The notes beneath the pieces were generated by a model, which saw nothing but the letters and a program-made list of their open reading frames with translations, was not told where the DNA came from and made no database searches. A DNA stretch of 64,000 nucleotides from assembly GCA_034520965.1 (NCBI GenBank), contig JAXHMY010000002.1:547714-611713 (forward strand). The letters are read 5' to 3'. Numbering within the stretch: the stretch's first letter is position 1; every line of letters starts with the position of its first letter. Below are positions 29,225-41,250 of the stretch, one piece after another. Position numbers and translations under genes: made by a program. Source of the DNA: Spirochaetia bacterium (GTDB lineage: Bacteria; Spirochaetota; Spirochaetia; DSM-16054; Sediminispirochaetaceae).

Positions 29225-32200
29225 ATGATTCGGCTTTATGTGACACCGTTTTTTCTATTTCTTCTTTTGCTGTGGATTGGCTCTTACTCCTCGGTTTTCC
29301 CTCGAGAGATACCTCTGCCCGAGGAAGAGGCCCCAAAGGCCCTTTTCTCAGCCGAACTCTATGACGCAGATGTGGACTTTTTTATTGAGGGCAGCTGGAC
29401 AGCCTCGCTGCAGGGGGGCTCCGGCCTCACTTGGGGGGATGGAATTGAAGGTGTTCAGCCGGCGGTACTTTCTGATTTTACAGACGGGTTTAAGTTTGAA
29501 CAGGTTCCACAGCTAAGCCTGTCGCTGTGGTACATGGACCGCTACTTTTTTGAAACTACCATTACCAAAGAGCAGCAGCTGGAGACTTTTTTATTCGGCT
29601 ACTTTGGGCAGGAGGGGGAGTTTCTCCAGGAAGCCCGGGCCGGCAATACCGACATCGGATTCGGAGACTACGGTGTGTTTTCTATCCCGGCGGCCTCGCG
29701 CCACTCTCTGGGTGCCTACAGCCGTTTTGAGGGGGGCTACTCGGAACACCACTTGGCCGCCCGCTACGACCCGGCCCAGCTTGAAGAGCTTCACTTTCGC
29801 GGCAGCCGGCTGATCGAGGAGCAGCGGGTAGCACCGGAGGATTTTCGCCGCGGCCGCTTTTTCATTCTGCCCGACGCAGATATAGATTTCCTGCGGGTCT
29901 ATGTGCGGGATGACCGAGACGGCACCATAAGCGATTCCAAAGGCCGCCGCTACCGCCGCCTGGATGAGGACGAGATGGTCTATTCCTTAGAAGAAGGACT
30001 TCTGTTCCTCCGCCAACCAGCCACCTCGGACGTGGTGGTGTATTATGAAAAGGGCGGGCCAACCACCGCTGTTGGAGACTCATCACTCGGCAAAGAAGCG
30101 CTGGTAGGAGAGAACACTACAGGGCTCTCCTTAGAAGAACCTGCTGAAAATTTCGAATGGGATACTACTTATCTCGGTATAGCTACCAACACATGGCAGA
30201 GAAACGGGCTACCGAACACAGATACCAATTCCGCCCTTCTGCTCTACAGCCCCGGTCAATGGAGCCCCTTTGAGCTGCTGTCGGTGTACAATGCCGGAGC
30301 TGCAGTAAAGGCGGATGCGGGGAACACCACTCTGTGGCTGGCGGCGAAGAACTCATCCGGGGGCAGCCGCCTGCCGATCGAGCAGTTCCAGGATGCGGAT
30401 AAAGCGCGTATAGCCCCCACCGGATTTGACCTACGGAGCCATGAAGCCCGCTACCCGCTGCTGGTTTATACCGATGAGAGCAGCTGGGCACAGTCGCTTT
30501 ATGGACCGGGGGGCGGTACCGAACCGATAGACCGGGAGCTGCGCTTTGAGCAGCTCTCCCAGGCCGGCGGCTACAACCTCGGCAGCAACGCGCTGGAGGG
30601 CTCAATTACCGTACTTCGGAACGGGGTGCCGGAGCAGCGCTTTACCTTTAACCCCGACACGGGGGAGCTGAACTTTTTCATCCCCCCCAGCCAGAATGAA
30701 CGTATCGATATTCGTTATCGTACCACCAGCGCCCAAGCCGTCGGCGGAGATATTTTTGCCGCGGCGGTTAACCGGTTCAAGTTTAACGAGCAGTGGTCGG
30801 GCGACCTAAACCTTGGACTACGCTGGAACGCCGACCCCAACGCCTATATTACCGAAGTTGGAGAGGCGGAGGGCTCAATGCTGGCGGCCGGGCGGCTCAG
30901 TTATCAAAGCGACCGGCTCAATTTTGAAATCGAGTCGGGGGTGAACGTCCGCAGCCCCAACACCACCGGACGGCTGCGCCTCTTCGGCATGGACAACAGC
31001 GCCTACCCAGTCTCTATGAATTCCGAGCTGATGTACCCGGGCGCGCCGGTGAACAGCACGGCTTATACTTCGCCAGGTATTGGCCCTTTCGATCACAACA
31101 ACCGGGGCAAGCTTCTTTTCAGTGACTTCTACAACTACAGCTTTGCCGGGGGGTATCAGCTTCAGCACTACAGCTGGGACCCGCCCTCGGATCAAACTTA
31201 TCCCTACGCCCAAAGCGGCGGCAACAACCGTACCGGCCCTTATATCGCCGCCACGGGCAGCGAAACCGAGGGCAACGCAATGGTCATGGAGTATGCTTTG
31301 CAAAATAGCGAATGGGTGGGCGGTACCATTCCGCTGTCCGAAGGTGGGGGAGCAGTCGATTTGTCCCATGTGCAGGCGATTACCCTGCTGGTCAAACATA
31401 TCAGCTCTGAACCTTCGGGGAGTATCGATTTGCATCTCCTGCTGGGTCGCCTGTATGAGGACCTGGATGCCGACGGGACCCTCGATGAGGAGGACTCGCC
31501 CCTGGACGGGGGCTTCGATTTCAATATTACCAATCCGGATCCCTTTGTTTTGCCGGTGGCACCCGCCCTTAAGTGGTCCCCCGAGCGTAGCCGGGTGAAC
31601 AGTGAGGACCTGGACGGCAACGATATCCTGGACGGCTCCTCAGCCCCCCTCCCCATTCCGGTTATCAAGAGCACCGCCAACTCAGACTTCACTTTATCCG
31701 GCTCCACCGGCTGGCAGAGAATCACAATCCCTTTGGAGGATTCGGACCGCGAAAAGCTGCAAGCAGCCACCGGTATCGAGTTTATGATCGCCGAATCAGG
31801 AGCAAGCACAGCTGCCGAAGGGCGGCTCCTGATCGCTGACATCGAACTAGAGGGAAGCCCGTTTACCAGTGCTGCAAGTAACGGAACAGACTTCGAGGTG
31901 TTCACCCGCTCCCTCGACCCCGGCGGAAGCAGTTACAAGTCGCTGATGAGCCAGCCCGAGGCGGAGTTGCTAAACGAGGATTCTGTTTTCAACACCAAGG
32001 TCACCCGGGTTGGATGGGGGGCCGACCCATGGACCATGACCGGCTATCACACTCCAGTGCAGCTCGAGGAGTATGAATCCTTCTCGTTTTTTATGCGAAC
32101 AGAGTCGGTCTCTCAGACGGATAAGCTTACCCTCATTCTACGAAACTCGCAGAACGAAGGGGCAGCGGTGGAATTTACGCCGAAAGCGCACTCCGACTGG

Positions 32201-34114
32201 AGGCGCTATACCTGGAAGCTGCACTCCTCCGAATCCGGATGATCGGATATTGATCGATGGCAATCCAGTCAGCGGCGCTAAGCTCGTCACGTCGGGCCGA
32301 GGGGATAAAACCGAACGACACTGCGGCGGGGGTCAATGAGTTTTCAGTAAAAGGGGATATGAGCACTACAGGAGCAATTGAGATCGACGAGGTGTATTTG
32401 CACGATCCGCGGCTTGATATGGGGGTGGGGGGGAGGACATCGGTTGAGTATCGGTACCCCGATGCTTTGATCAGTTTTGGAGAAACCCCGGTGCTGCATC
32501 AGCTGCAGTTTAGGCAGACCGTCTACGGGCGGCAGGAGGGCTACCAGGGGGGGCTTAGCCCGGCACCAGCAGCGGCCCTCTCCTTTACCAACGAGCTGGA
32601 TTTCGGACTGCTGCAGAGCAGTCTAGGAGTATTCTACCACGGCAAGTTGGACGAGGCGGAGTATCTGCCGGCGGGGGGGTATCGATTCAGCCTGCCCCTG
32701 GCGGAGAGCCGGGTGCTGCTGAAAGATGCCTACCGCGAGCAACACTACCACGAGACTATTGATATTCTCAGATCAGCAGAAATGGGCATTTACAGCCGCA
32801 ATCAGAGTTCCCTCGGATTAAAAAGCACCCTGCTGTGGGAAAATATGGTGATGGATCGCACCTGGGACTTTTCTGCTCAGCTTCGGGAATCCGACAGCTT
32901 TCAACTCAACGCCGACTCAAGTTTTCATGCCCGCAATGCCGACATAGATGCCGAAGAGGGGCCGCTGGACCGCCGGTATGCCCGCTTTACCCGACTGTTC
33001 TACCCCACACAAACCGCCGGCCCCCGCTTTCGCGAAACCAACCACTCCCTGGCTGTCACCCGGCAGGCAGACTGGCTCACGAGCAACGTGCAGCCACTGG
33101 CTGCATACGGGAACTTCGACCCAGCTAAGCCCATTCACCCTTACTGCCGGCGGCGGATGGAACGCCGACTTGTCTTTTTTTCTTGGAAAGTCGGCGGGCA
33201 AAAGAATTAAAGTCACCCATTCCTATCAGCGTGACAGCAGCTATCGCGTGAGCTACCGAGAAGACAGCGGTTTTGCGGATGATTTGTCCACCCTGCCGGA
33301 TCGCTTGGGGGAAACCCCCTTTATTTGGACAGCTCTGCCGTATCAGGAGCTGTGGTCAACCAGCTTACCGCTGAGCTTTGAGGAGAAAACGTCCAAGCAG
33401 CTTGAGGCAGATTATTCCGGCAGCAGCAAAATAGCTATAGACCGCACCCCCGGTTCCCATTTATACGACCTTATCGCCCCCACCCGGTTCTCTGTGGGAG
33501 TTGAGCGTACGCTGCAGCGAGATTTCGACAGCATAACCGATCTGCACCGTTTTGAAGCCCTGTACCGGGCAACCGCCCTCAACCTTTTTGGACGGCTCGG
33601 CCGGTATCCCCTCTTTCAATGGTATAGAACTGAAGAGATTAACCACTCCGTGCTCTATTCCGGATCTGTGGGTGATACGGAGGAGTCCCATGAACTGACC
33701 TTGGGGCAGTTTGTAGAGCTGAATATTAATCAGCAGAGTGTCATAGGAGTAGATAACAGCTGGAGGCAAAAAATCGGCGAAGGGGAACGCAGCATATCCG
33801 CCCGCCTTTATTGGCAGCGCAGCGCTCTTTTCGAAGGGACACTTCCCTTCGAAAAGCAAATCGACCTGCAGGAGGACAAACGAATCGAGCATACCGAGGA
33901 GATAGAGTATACCCACAAAAACGATTCCGGCGACAAGCGAAACATCATTCTTACCGCCGGACACAACAGTCTGTTAACCCTCGGCGGCAGGGGGAGTCTG
34001 CGCGGTTTTACCCGTATCGGCTACCGGCTCAATGATACTCTAAATGAGGACTTGCGGAACCGGCAGCACACTATTGCGCTTGAACTTGGAATGGAACTTA
34101 CCTTAACCTTCTGA
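29225..34114 (+). CDS. Very large secreted/outer-membrane protein (~1600 aa, two frameshifts), SprA-like motifs
   Basis: Signal peptide; collinear ORFs 29225..32242, 32257..33210 and 32948..34114; DLDADG and EDLDGN motifs; alternating beta-strand C-terminus ending in Phe (LELGMELTLTF). Confidence 0.7.
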
Positions 34115-34239
34115 TAACTTGAGCTGGTAATACAGCTGCCGATAACGGCGTAGGTGAGTTCCTTCATGAGTGAGTGAGGATGAATCGGATACAGGAGACA
34201 GGTAGGCTTCGCGATAATAAGTGAATTACGGGACCTAAC

Positions 34240-34311
34240 TTCACCTAATTAATACTATTTTAGTGATTTTTATTCACCTAATTTGACAACTATCTCTTTG
34301 CGGTATATACT
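34240..34311 (+). promoter_or_regulatory. Sigma70 promoter (leaderless) with upstream direct repeats
   Basis: TTGACA (34283-34288)-17 bp-TATACT (34306-34311), then ATG at 34317. TTCACCTAATT occurs at 34240 and 34273. Confidence 0.75.
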
Positions 34312-34316
34312 AAGTC

Positions 34317-35451
34317 ATGATTCAACGGACACTACATATCGAATCGTTCCTCAGACCGGACAAGGTTCTGATACTCTACGGTCCGCGGCAGGTAGGGAAG
34401 ACAACCTTGCTTAAGCGGTATATGAGCGAACATCACCCGGATGTTCAGTACAGAACCGGCGACGACCTCGTATTCGCAAACGATATCGGCAGGTGCGACC
34501 TCCACCTTCTGCGGAGCATGGTTGAGCCGGACTCTCTGTTCGCGATTGATGAGGCACAGAAGATTCCCGAGATAGGGCGGGCGTTGAAGCTGATCGTGGA
34601 CAACATCCCCGGGGTACAGGTCATCGTCACCGGGTCGTCGTCATTCGATCTTGCCCACCGGACAGGCGAAGCTCTCACGGGACGCAAAACGGTGTGCATG
34701 CTGTATCCGGTTTCTCTTCAGGAACTGTTGTATACATCCACGCCCTATGATCTTAACCGGCGTCTCCCGGAGCTTTTGGTCTACGGAATGTATCCTGAGG
34801 TTGTCTCCCTTACTTCCGCTGCGGAAAAATCCGAGCGTCTTCGGGAGATCGCTCACTCCTACCTCCTGAAGGACATACTTGAGTTCGATTCGGTGAAGAG
34901 CTCCCGCGTACTGATGGATCTGTTGCGACTGGTAGCTTTTCAGATCGGGAGCGAACTCTCGACGACGGAGCTTTCGCGTTCCCTTGGAATAGACAAGAAT
35001 ACCGTGTCGCGCGCTCGTGGACCTTTTGGTTAAGTCCTTCATTCTGGTCCGACTCGGGGGCTTCTCCCGGAATCTGAGAAAGGAGATTAGTAAGATGCAC
35101 AAGTACTATTTTGTGGATGTAGGCATCCGAAACGCGCTTATTTCCAACCTGAATCCCCTAAACGTCCGGGACGACGTCGGTCGCTTGTGGGAGAACTTTA
35201 TGATTCTCGAGCGCATCAAGAAGAACTCCTATGCGCGGACTCCGGTCAACTACTACTTCTGGCGAACCTACGATCAGAAGGAGATCGATCTGATCGAAGA
35301 GAGCGGCGGCACCCTCCGGGGCTGGGAGTTCAAATGGGCCAAGGACTCAATAAAAACTCCGAGGGATTGGCTTAAGGCGTATCCCAACAGCACGTTTGAG
35401 GTGATCACTCCCCATACCGGTTTGGACTTTGTTCGCGCCGACACCGAATAG
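34317..35451 (+). CDS. AAA_14 ATPase with DUF4143 domain (frameshift ~35010)
   Basis: GPRQVGKTTL, IDEAQ, VTGSSS, LTGR, YGMYP; KYYFVDVGIRN, GRLWEN, YFWRT..QKEIDLI, EFKW. Confidence 0.92.
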
Positions 35452-35816
35452 AGGATGGGTACGAAGTTGTCGATGCCAGGCTGTATAAGCCTAAATCTTC
35501 TCATAAATTAGTCTATCTGCTTGCTATTACATCATATGAAATCGGCAAAAAGTGATGGACTATTCTATGAGGGGCCTCACTACCGTCCCGGCTCTAGGCA
35601 CTCCGACGGTTCTCCTCTCTTGTGTACAGGTCGCTGATCATCTGCCTTTCATAACAATAAAACATGATAAGTCGTCCCCCATATTTTGTCCTTTTGGTGT
35701 GATTTCGACAGATATCTGTTGACTATACTGATAAAGAGAAGAGTCGGAACAGAGGCTCTTTACTTATTACATTTAATTGATATAATGTAGAAAACATAGT
35801 AGGAAAGGAGAATACC

Positions 35817-37206
35817 ATGAATTGGATAAATCGTAGCAGCCGGCTGCTTTTATTATTTTTACTGGTTATCAGTCCCATTGCTGCCCAGGAAAGCTCCGAA
35901 GAACAGACTACAGATGAACAAGTGGAAACCGGCGCTCCGGAGGCCGGATTTAATATGACCATTGAAATTGGAGCTGAAACCTTCAATGAAGATGGAGGAC
36001 AGGTAACCTACCAGCGACTGGGGCTTAATCCGGAGTTTACCTTTGGCAAAGTTGGGGTCGGCCTGGGAGTTACCCTGCACTACCGCTTTGTGGATGATCA
36101 GGGAGAAAGTACGCTGGATATACGGGAGGAGGACTGGGTTCCCGACGGGGATAACAGCTTTCTGGATATTTATCTGCCCCTCTTCCGTTATGTGCGCTAC
36201 GGGCAGAAGGGCGATCCCCTCTATGGAAAAATCGGTTCCATTGAAGATGCAAGCCTGGGAACCGGCTTTATTATGGCCAACTATTCGAACGGACTTTCTC
36301 TGTACCGGAAAAACGTATTGTAGGGCTTGCACTTGATGTAGACGGACAACTGGTAGGTTTTCCCTATCTTGGTATTGAGACCTTTGTGGGAAATTTAGCC
36401 CAACTCGATGTACTCGGTTCGCGGGTCTACGCCCGTCCGCTTATTGCTACAGGGCTTCCGATTATCAAAAACCTGCAGTTAAGGTGTGACCGCCGCCGCA
36501 GATATCTAGCCGGATGCGAACTATGCATTTGCGGATGAGACCGGGACCGGAACTATCGATCCGGATGTGGTAAGCATGTTCAGCTTCGATTTTATCCAGC
36601 CCCTGCTTAGCAACCAGGCCTTTAGTCTGGCCCTTTACAGTGATGCCGCCTTCCAGCCCGGCGGCGGAGAGCTGAATCAGGGATCCTGGTTGGTGTAGGC
36701 GGAGAATCGCTCTCTTTTCTTTCCGTACGGCTTCAACACCCTGCTTTTTGGGGGATAACTTCGTTCCCTTCTATTTCGACGGTACCTACGATCTGTACCG
36801 ACAGTCAAAATACAAAATCTACGACGGAACTAAACAGGTATCCGGTTACACCGGCTGGCAGGCAATGCTGGGTTTTAATCTGCTGAGCGACAGTCTTGTT
36901 TTTCAAACCAGCTTAGGCGCGGCTTTTAATCCAGATACCAATTCACCTTCAACGATGCCCCACCTTCGTTCCACCCTTAAAGTGGGAGAAGGACTGCTTC
37001 CGGGTATCTTTTTCGACGTGACCTACGACAAAAAGAACATAAGCAATATAGACGAACTGTTCAGCCCTGAAGATGCGGTAGTTTTGGCCAATTTGAATTA
37101 CAAAACCGGGCCGGCAGTAATAACCCTAGGCTATACTCTGCGGTACGTACCTGAAACAGGGTCGTGGGAGACTACGGCCAAACTTTCAAGCTCTATCACG
37201 ATGTAG
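35817..37206 (+). CDS. Putative outer-membrane beta-barrel protein (frameshifted)
   Basis: Signal peptide; ORFs 35817..36323 and 36748..37206 with coding-like sequence between; homologous to the C-terminal domain of the next gene. Confidence 0.65.
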
Positions 37207-37224
37207 GGCGTAAGGAGGATAATC

Positions 37225-39504
37225 ATGAAACGAATCATCACATTATTAATAGTTTCCATATTCTGCATGCCGGCGCTGCTGTTTGCCCAGGATGCAGATC
37301 CATCTGCAACACTGGCGTATTACGAAGATGACACCCAGATTGAAATTTTAGACAGCGCCCGAGTACCGGTAGAGGTGTATTTCGGTATGGAGCTGCAGCC
37401 CGGTGATACAGTGCGCACTAACGCCACAATAGCCGAGCTTCAGCTTGAACACGCAACGGATCAATAGTCAAATTATCCCAAAATACCGTTTTCACGGTAG
37501 ATGAACTACAGATAGATGAGAACACTACCAACAAGTTCAGTATGGCAGCGGGAAAAATGCGTGCAATTGCCGCCAGTGCCGGTATAGGAAACCGCTATCA
37601 GGTGAGTACCCCCTCGGCCGTATGCGGAGTGCGCGGTACGATTTTCTGGAAAGACTCTGCTATTCCCGGTCAGGAAGAGAGTGCGTTTGTAAACCAGGGG
37701 GTAGTCGAGTTTATGCAGAAAGCCTCACAGTCCGCCGTTACCCTTACCCAGGGAATGACCGCGAACGCCCTAGCGGAGACCTTCGAGGCAGTTCGGCTTT
37801 CCCAGGAACGCCTCCAGGAACTCCTGCAGGACATGCAGTTTGAACGGCTGAATCCGAATGAGGTACCCGGGCATGAGCTTGTCGCTGAACAGGAGTCTGA
37901 AGAAGAATCTGAAGAACCTGAGGAGGGAGAAGATGAGCCCGAGACCGAAGAAGCTGAGGGGCCGACCGAAGAGGAAGAGCCGGAAGTAACAGAAGAAACG
38001 GCGATTCCCGGTGCGGCAGTTACTGCTGCCGGTGGCGAAGATGCAGGTAGTGCTGAAGCTGATCAGGGAGACGACGGGGAGCAGAGTGCCTTGGCCCGGG
38101 CTATAGGAGAAATTTTCGCTTTTGAAATCGGAACGGTAACCATGCAGGGCCGCACCTATTCAAAGGCAGTTGTCAAACCTCAGTTTGAAATTGGAAAACT
38201 CAAGTTAGGCCTGTACCTGCCAGTTGTATACAACGATGACCTGTTTGATTACGGGCAGTGGTACCGACCCGCAGGCAACAACGAATGGTCCTTCGGAAGT
38301 GACTATGAGTGGAGCAGTGAACCGGGCGAGGCGGCCCAGGATGCCTTGATCGACTTGGCCTTAAAAATCCATTATCTGGAATGGGGTGAGCAGCGAGATC
38401 CCTTCTTCCTTAAGCTGGGAAATCTGCACAATATGACCATCGGCCACGGGACGATTATGAAGAACTTTGCCAATGATCTTGAGTTTCCCTCGGTACGCCG
38501 GGTTGGCTTAAACATGGGAATAGACCGCGAGAAGAGCGGATTCGAGGTTGTGGTAAATGATATCGCCCAGCCGGAAATTTTCGGCGGCCGGATCTATTTT
38601 AGGCCGATCGGACGCTTTGCGATAGGAGCCAGTTCAATCCTCGATATTGATCCTATTTCCACACTCGAAGGGAGCAGCCAGGAAATCGCAGGAGTTGACA
38701 GCATGCGCTTTGTAACGTTTGGAGCAGATATGGAACTGCCGATTTTTGAAAACGATGTGCTCTCAATTATTCCCTTTGCCGATGCAGCGGCTATGGTCCC
38801 GCAGAAGAACGGAGAGATGCAGTGGGATATGGTCTACAACTCCGAGGGTGATAGTTTTGCTGATTCAGTCCGCAACTACGGCCTTACCTCCGGTATTTTC
38901 GGGAATCTTCTGTCTGTCGACTACAACCTCGAGTGGCGTTACTACCACGGCGTATTTCGGCCCACCTTTTTTAACTCCACCTACGAGCGTAATCGCGGGA
39001 CTCTGGCTAAAGAGACCGATGCCTATTTGACCGACCTCGATGCCGGCACCACTTCAAGTGACTATGAGGATTCTGTCATGGGCATCTACGGCTCCGCCCA
39101 CACCGTGTTGTTGAACCTGGTTGATGTGAAGGCCGGGTACATGTGGCCGTGGCGCTCGATAGATGAATTAGAAGATCCGGACAACTTTAACGATGAGTTT
39201 AGCCTTTCAGTGTATCTGCTGCCGGAGGCAGCCGGGTTCACAAAGGTGTATGGCGGTTTCGAGTACTCCCGTACCAACTTTATACCGGCATTTACCGAGG
39301 ATGAACTCAGCCTGTTCGATGCCTACACATCGGTGAAGGGTGAGATAGTATACCCGGTAGCCCCTTCCTTGGACATCGCCGCCATCATCAGCACTTCTAT
39401 ACGCCAGGATGATGCGGGCAATATAGTATACGATACCGATGGAGACCCGGAAATTGTACCGAATATAACGATTGAAACTCGGGTACACTTTTCGTACCTC
39501 TTAG
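37225..39504 (+). CDS. FecR-like domain + acidic linker + putative beta-barrel protein (frameshifted; 3' end approximate)
   Basis: Signal peptide, LQPGDTVRT, and TPSAVCGVRGT (FecR-like); Glu-rich linker; C-terminus ...NITIETRVHF. The ORF's read-through into mutL is probably an error. Confidence 0.72.
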
Positions 39505-39508
39505 AGCT

Positions 39509-41250
39509 ATGCAGAAAGAAAAACACAGCCCCGGAGGATTCACCTCCTCCGGGATTCAGTAGCCCAGAAAATTGCGGCCGGCGAGGTTATCGACCGGCCG
39601 TTTTCCGTAGTCAGGGAACTGCTCGATAACGCTATCGATTCCGGAGCCGACAGCATAGACCTGTACATCGAGGGCGGGGGCATCCGCCGTATCAGAGTTT
39701 TGGACAACGGCAGCGGCATGGACCGGGAAGATCTGGAGCTTTGCTACAAGCCCCATGCTACCAGCAAAATTTCTGCAGTAGGAGATATCTATAATCTGCA
39801 CACCCTGGGCTTTCGCGGAGAAGCCCTGGCAAGTGTAGCCGCGTGTGCAAAGCTGACCATTACCAGCGCCCCCGTTTCAGCAGAGCCCCACACCCTGGAG
39901 GTTCGCAACGGATCCCCAATCCGCCTAGAACTCTCCCGAGGAACCCAGGGAACGGTTGTTGACGTGTCGGATCTGTTTTATGCAATGCCGGGTCGAAGAA
40001 AATTTCTAAAGAGTCCCGGAGCAGAGACAAGTGCCTGCACACGCACCTTTATCGAAAAAGCCCTACCCTTTCCGGATATAAGCTTCCGGCTTTTTACCGA
40101 CGACCAGTTAAAACTATATCTGCCGGCCGCAGATCTGCAAAACCGGATTATAGCCGCCTACCCCAACCAGATAGACCCCCGTTTTCTCAATTCAGTGGAA
40201 GAGGAGGCCGGCCGATTCAAGATTAAGGCGCTCCTAGCCTCGCCGGCTATTCACCGCCGGGACCGTCGGAATATCCAGGTGTATGTAAACCGTCGCCGGA
40301 TTCAGGAATTCTCACTGGTCCAGGCAGTTCACTATGCCTACGAACAGCTGCTGCCCGGGGGCGCTTTTCCGGTAGCTTTCATTTTTCTTGAGATTGATCC
40401 TGAGCTGGTGGACTTTAACATACACCCGGCCAAACGCGAGGTAAAGATAAAGAACCTGCCGGAAATTCACCACCAGCTGGTACACAGCCTGAAAGAACAC
40501 TTAAACCGCAAATATAGCGCTCCCCAAGAGCCACAGCATACAGCATCCACGGAGATGGATTTCGGGCCGCCGCCAGCTGATAAACCATTTACTGTACCCC
40601 TAGAAAAGTGGAAGGAGTTTCGCACACAGCGTGGCGAATCTGCGGCAGAAAGACCTGTCGAGATACAAGCTTCCGAGCCAAGACCATTGGTTCCACAGGA
40701 GATGGTTTCACAGGAGATTGACTATGTCGGACAGGTCTTTGACCTGTTTCTGATTGTTCGCCGGGGGGAGTCGTTGTATATGATCGATCAGCATGCGGCT
40801 CACGAGCGGATCATTTATGAACAGCTGACCGGCGGCACGGTCCAAAGCCAGAACCTGCTGGTACCCTACGGGTTTGAAGTAGAAGAGGAAGTTGAGGCTC
40901 TGTTGAGGCAGCGTCTGGATGAATACAGGCAGATTGGAATTCAACTTGAACAGGAGAAGGCCGGCAGATGGCGTATAACCCGTGTGCCGGCCCGCTTTGT
41001 CGGCCTGGAAGAGCAGCTTATAGAGGCGTTGCAGTCACAGGAGGCTTCAGAGTCAGCCTTTAAGGCCCGGCTGTTTGCCGATTTGGCCTGCAAGGCGGCG
41101 GTGAAAGACGGGGAAGTGCTCGACCCCTATTCCGCCGCCGACCTGGCACGCCAAGCCTTCGAGCTGCCGGTACCCCGCTGTCCCCACGGACGGCCAATCT
41201 GGTTCCGTATTAGCCGCAATGAACTTTTTGAAATAGTCGGACGAACCTAG
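39509..41250 (+). CDS. mutL: DNA mismatch repair protein MutL (1-nt frameshift near start)
   Basis: QKIAAGEVIDRP.SVVRELLDNAIDSGA lies in frame upstream of 39700; DNGSGM, HATSKI, LGFRGEAL, DFNIHPAKREV, DQHAAHERI, ACK, CPHGRP. Confidence 0.96.

Noticed and set aside
35452..35816. 365-bp intergenic region as a possible ncRNA or riboswitch
   Set aside because: No recognisable conserved motif or convincing long structure by eye; an Rfam/Infernal search would be needed.
37880..38000. GAA-rich low-complexity tract as a DNA repeat element
   Set aside because: Explained by the Glu-rich protein linker it encodes.
39530..39553. Hairpin CCCGGAGGA-ttcacc-TCCTCCGGG at the start of mutL
   Set aside because: Lies inside coding sequence, has no U-tract and is a single occurrence, so no function can be supported.
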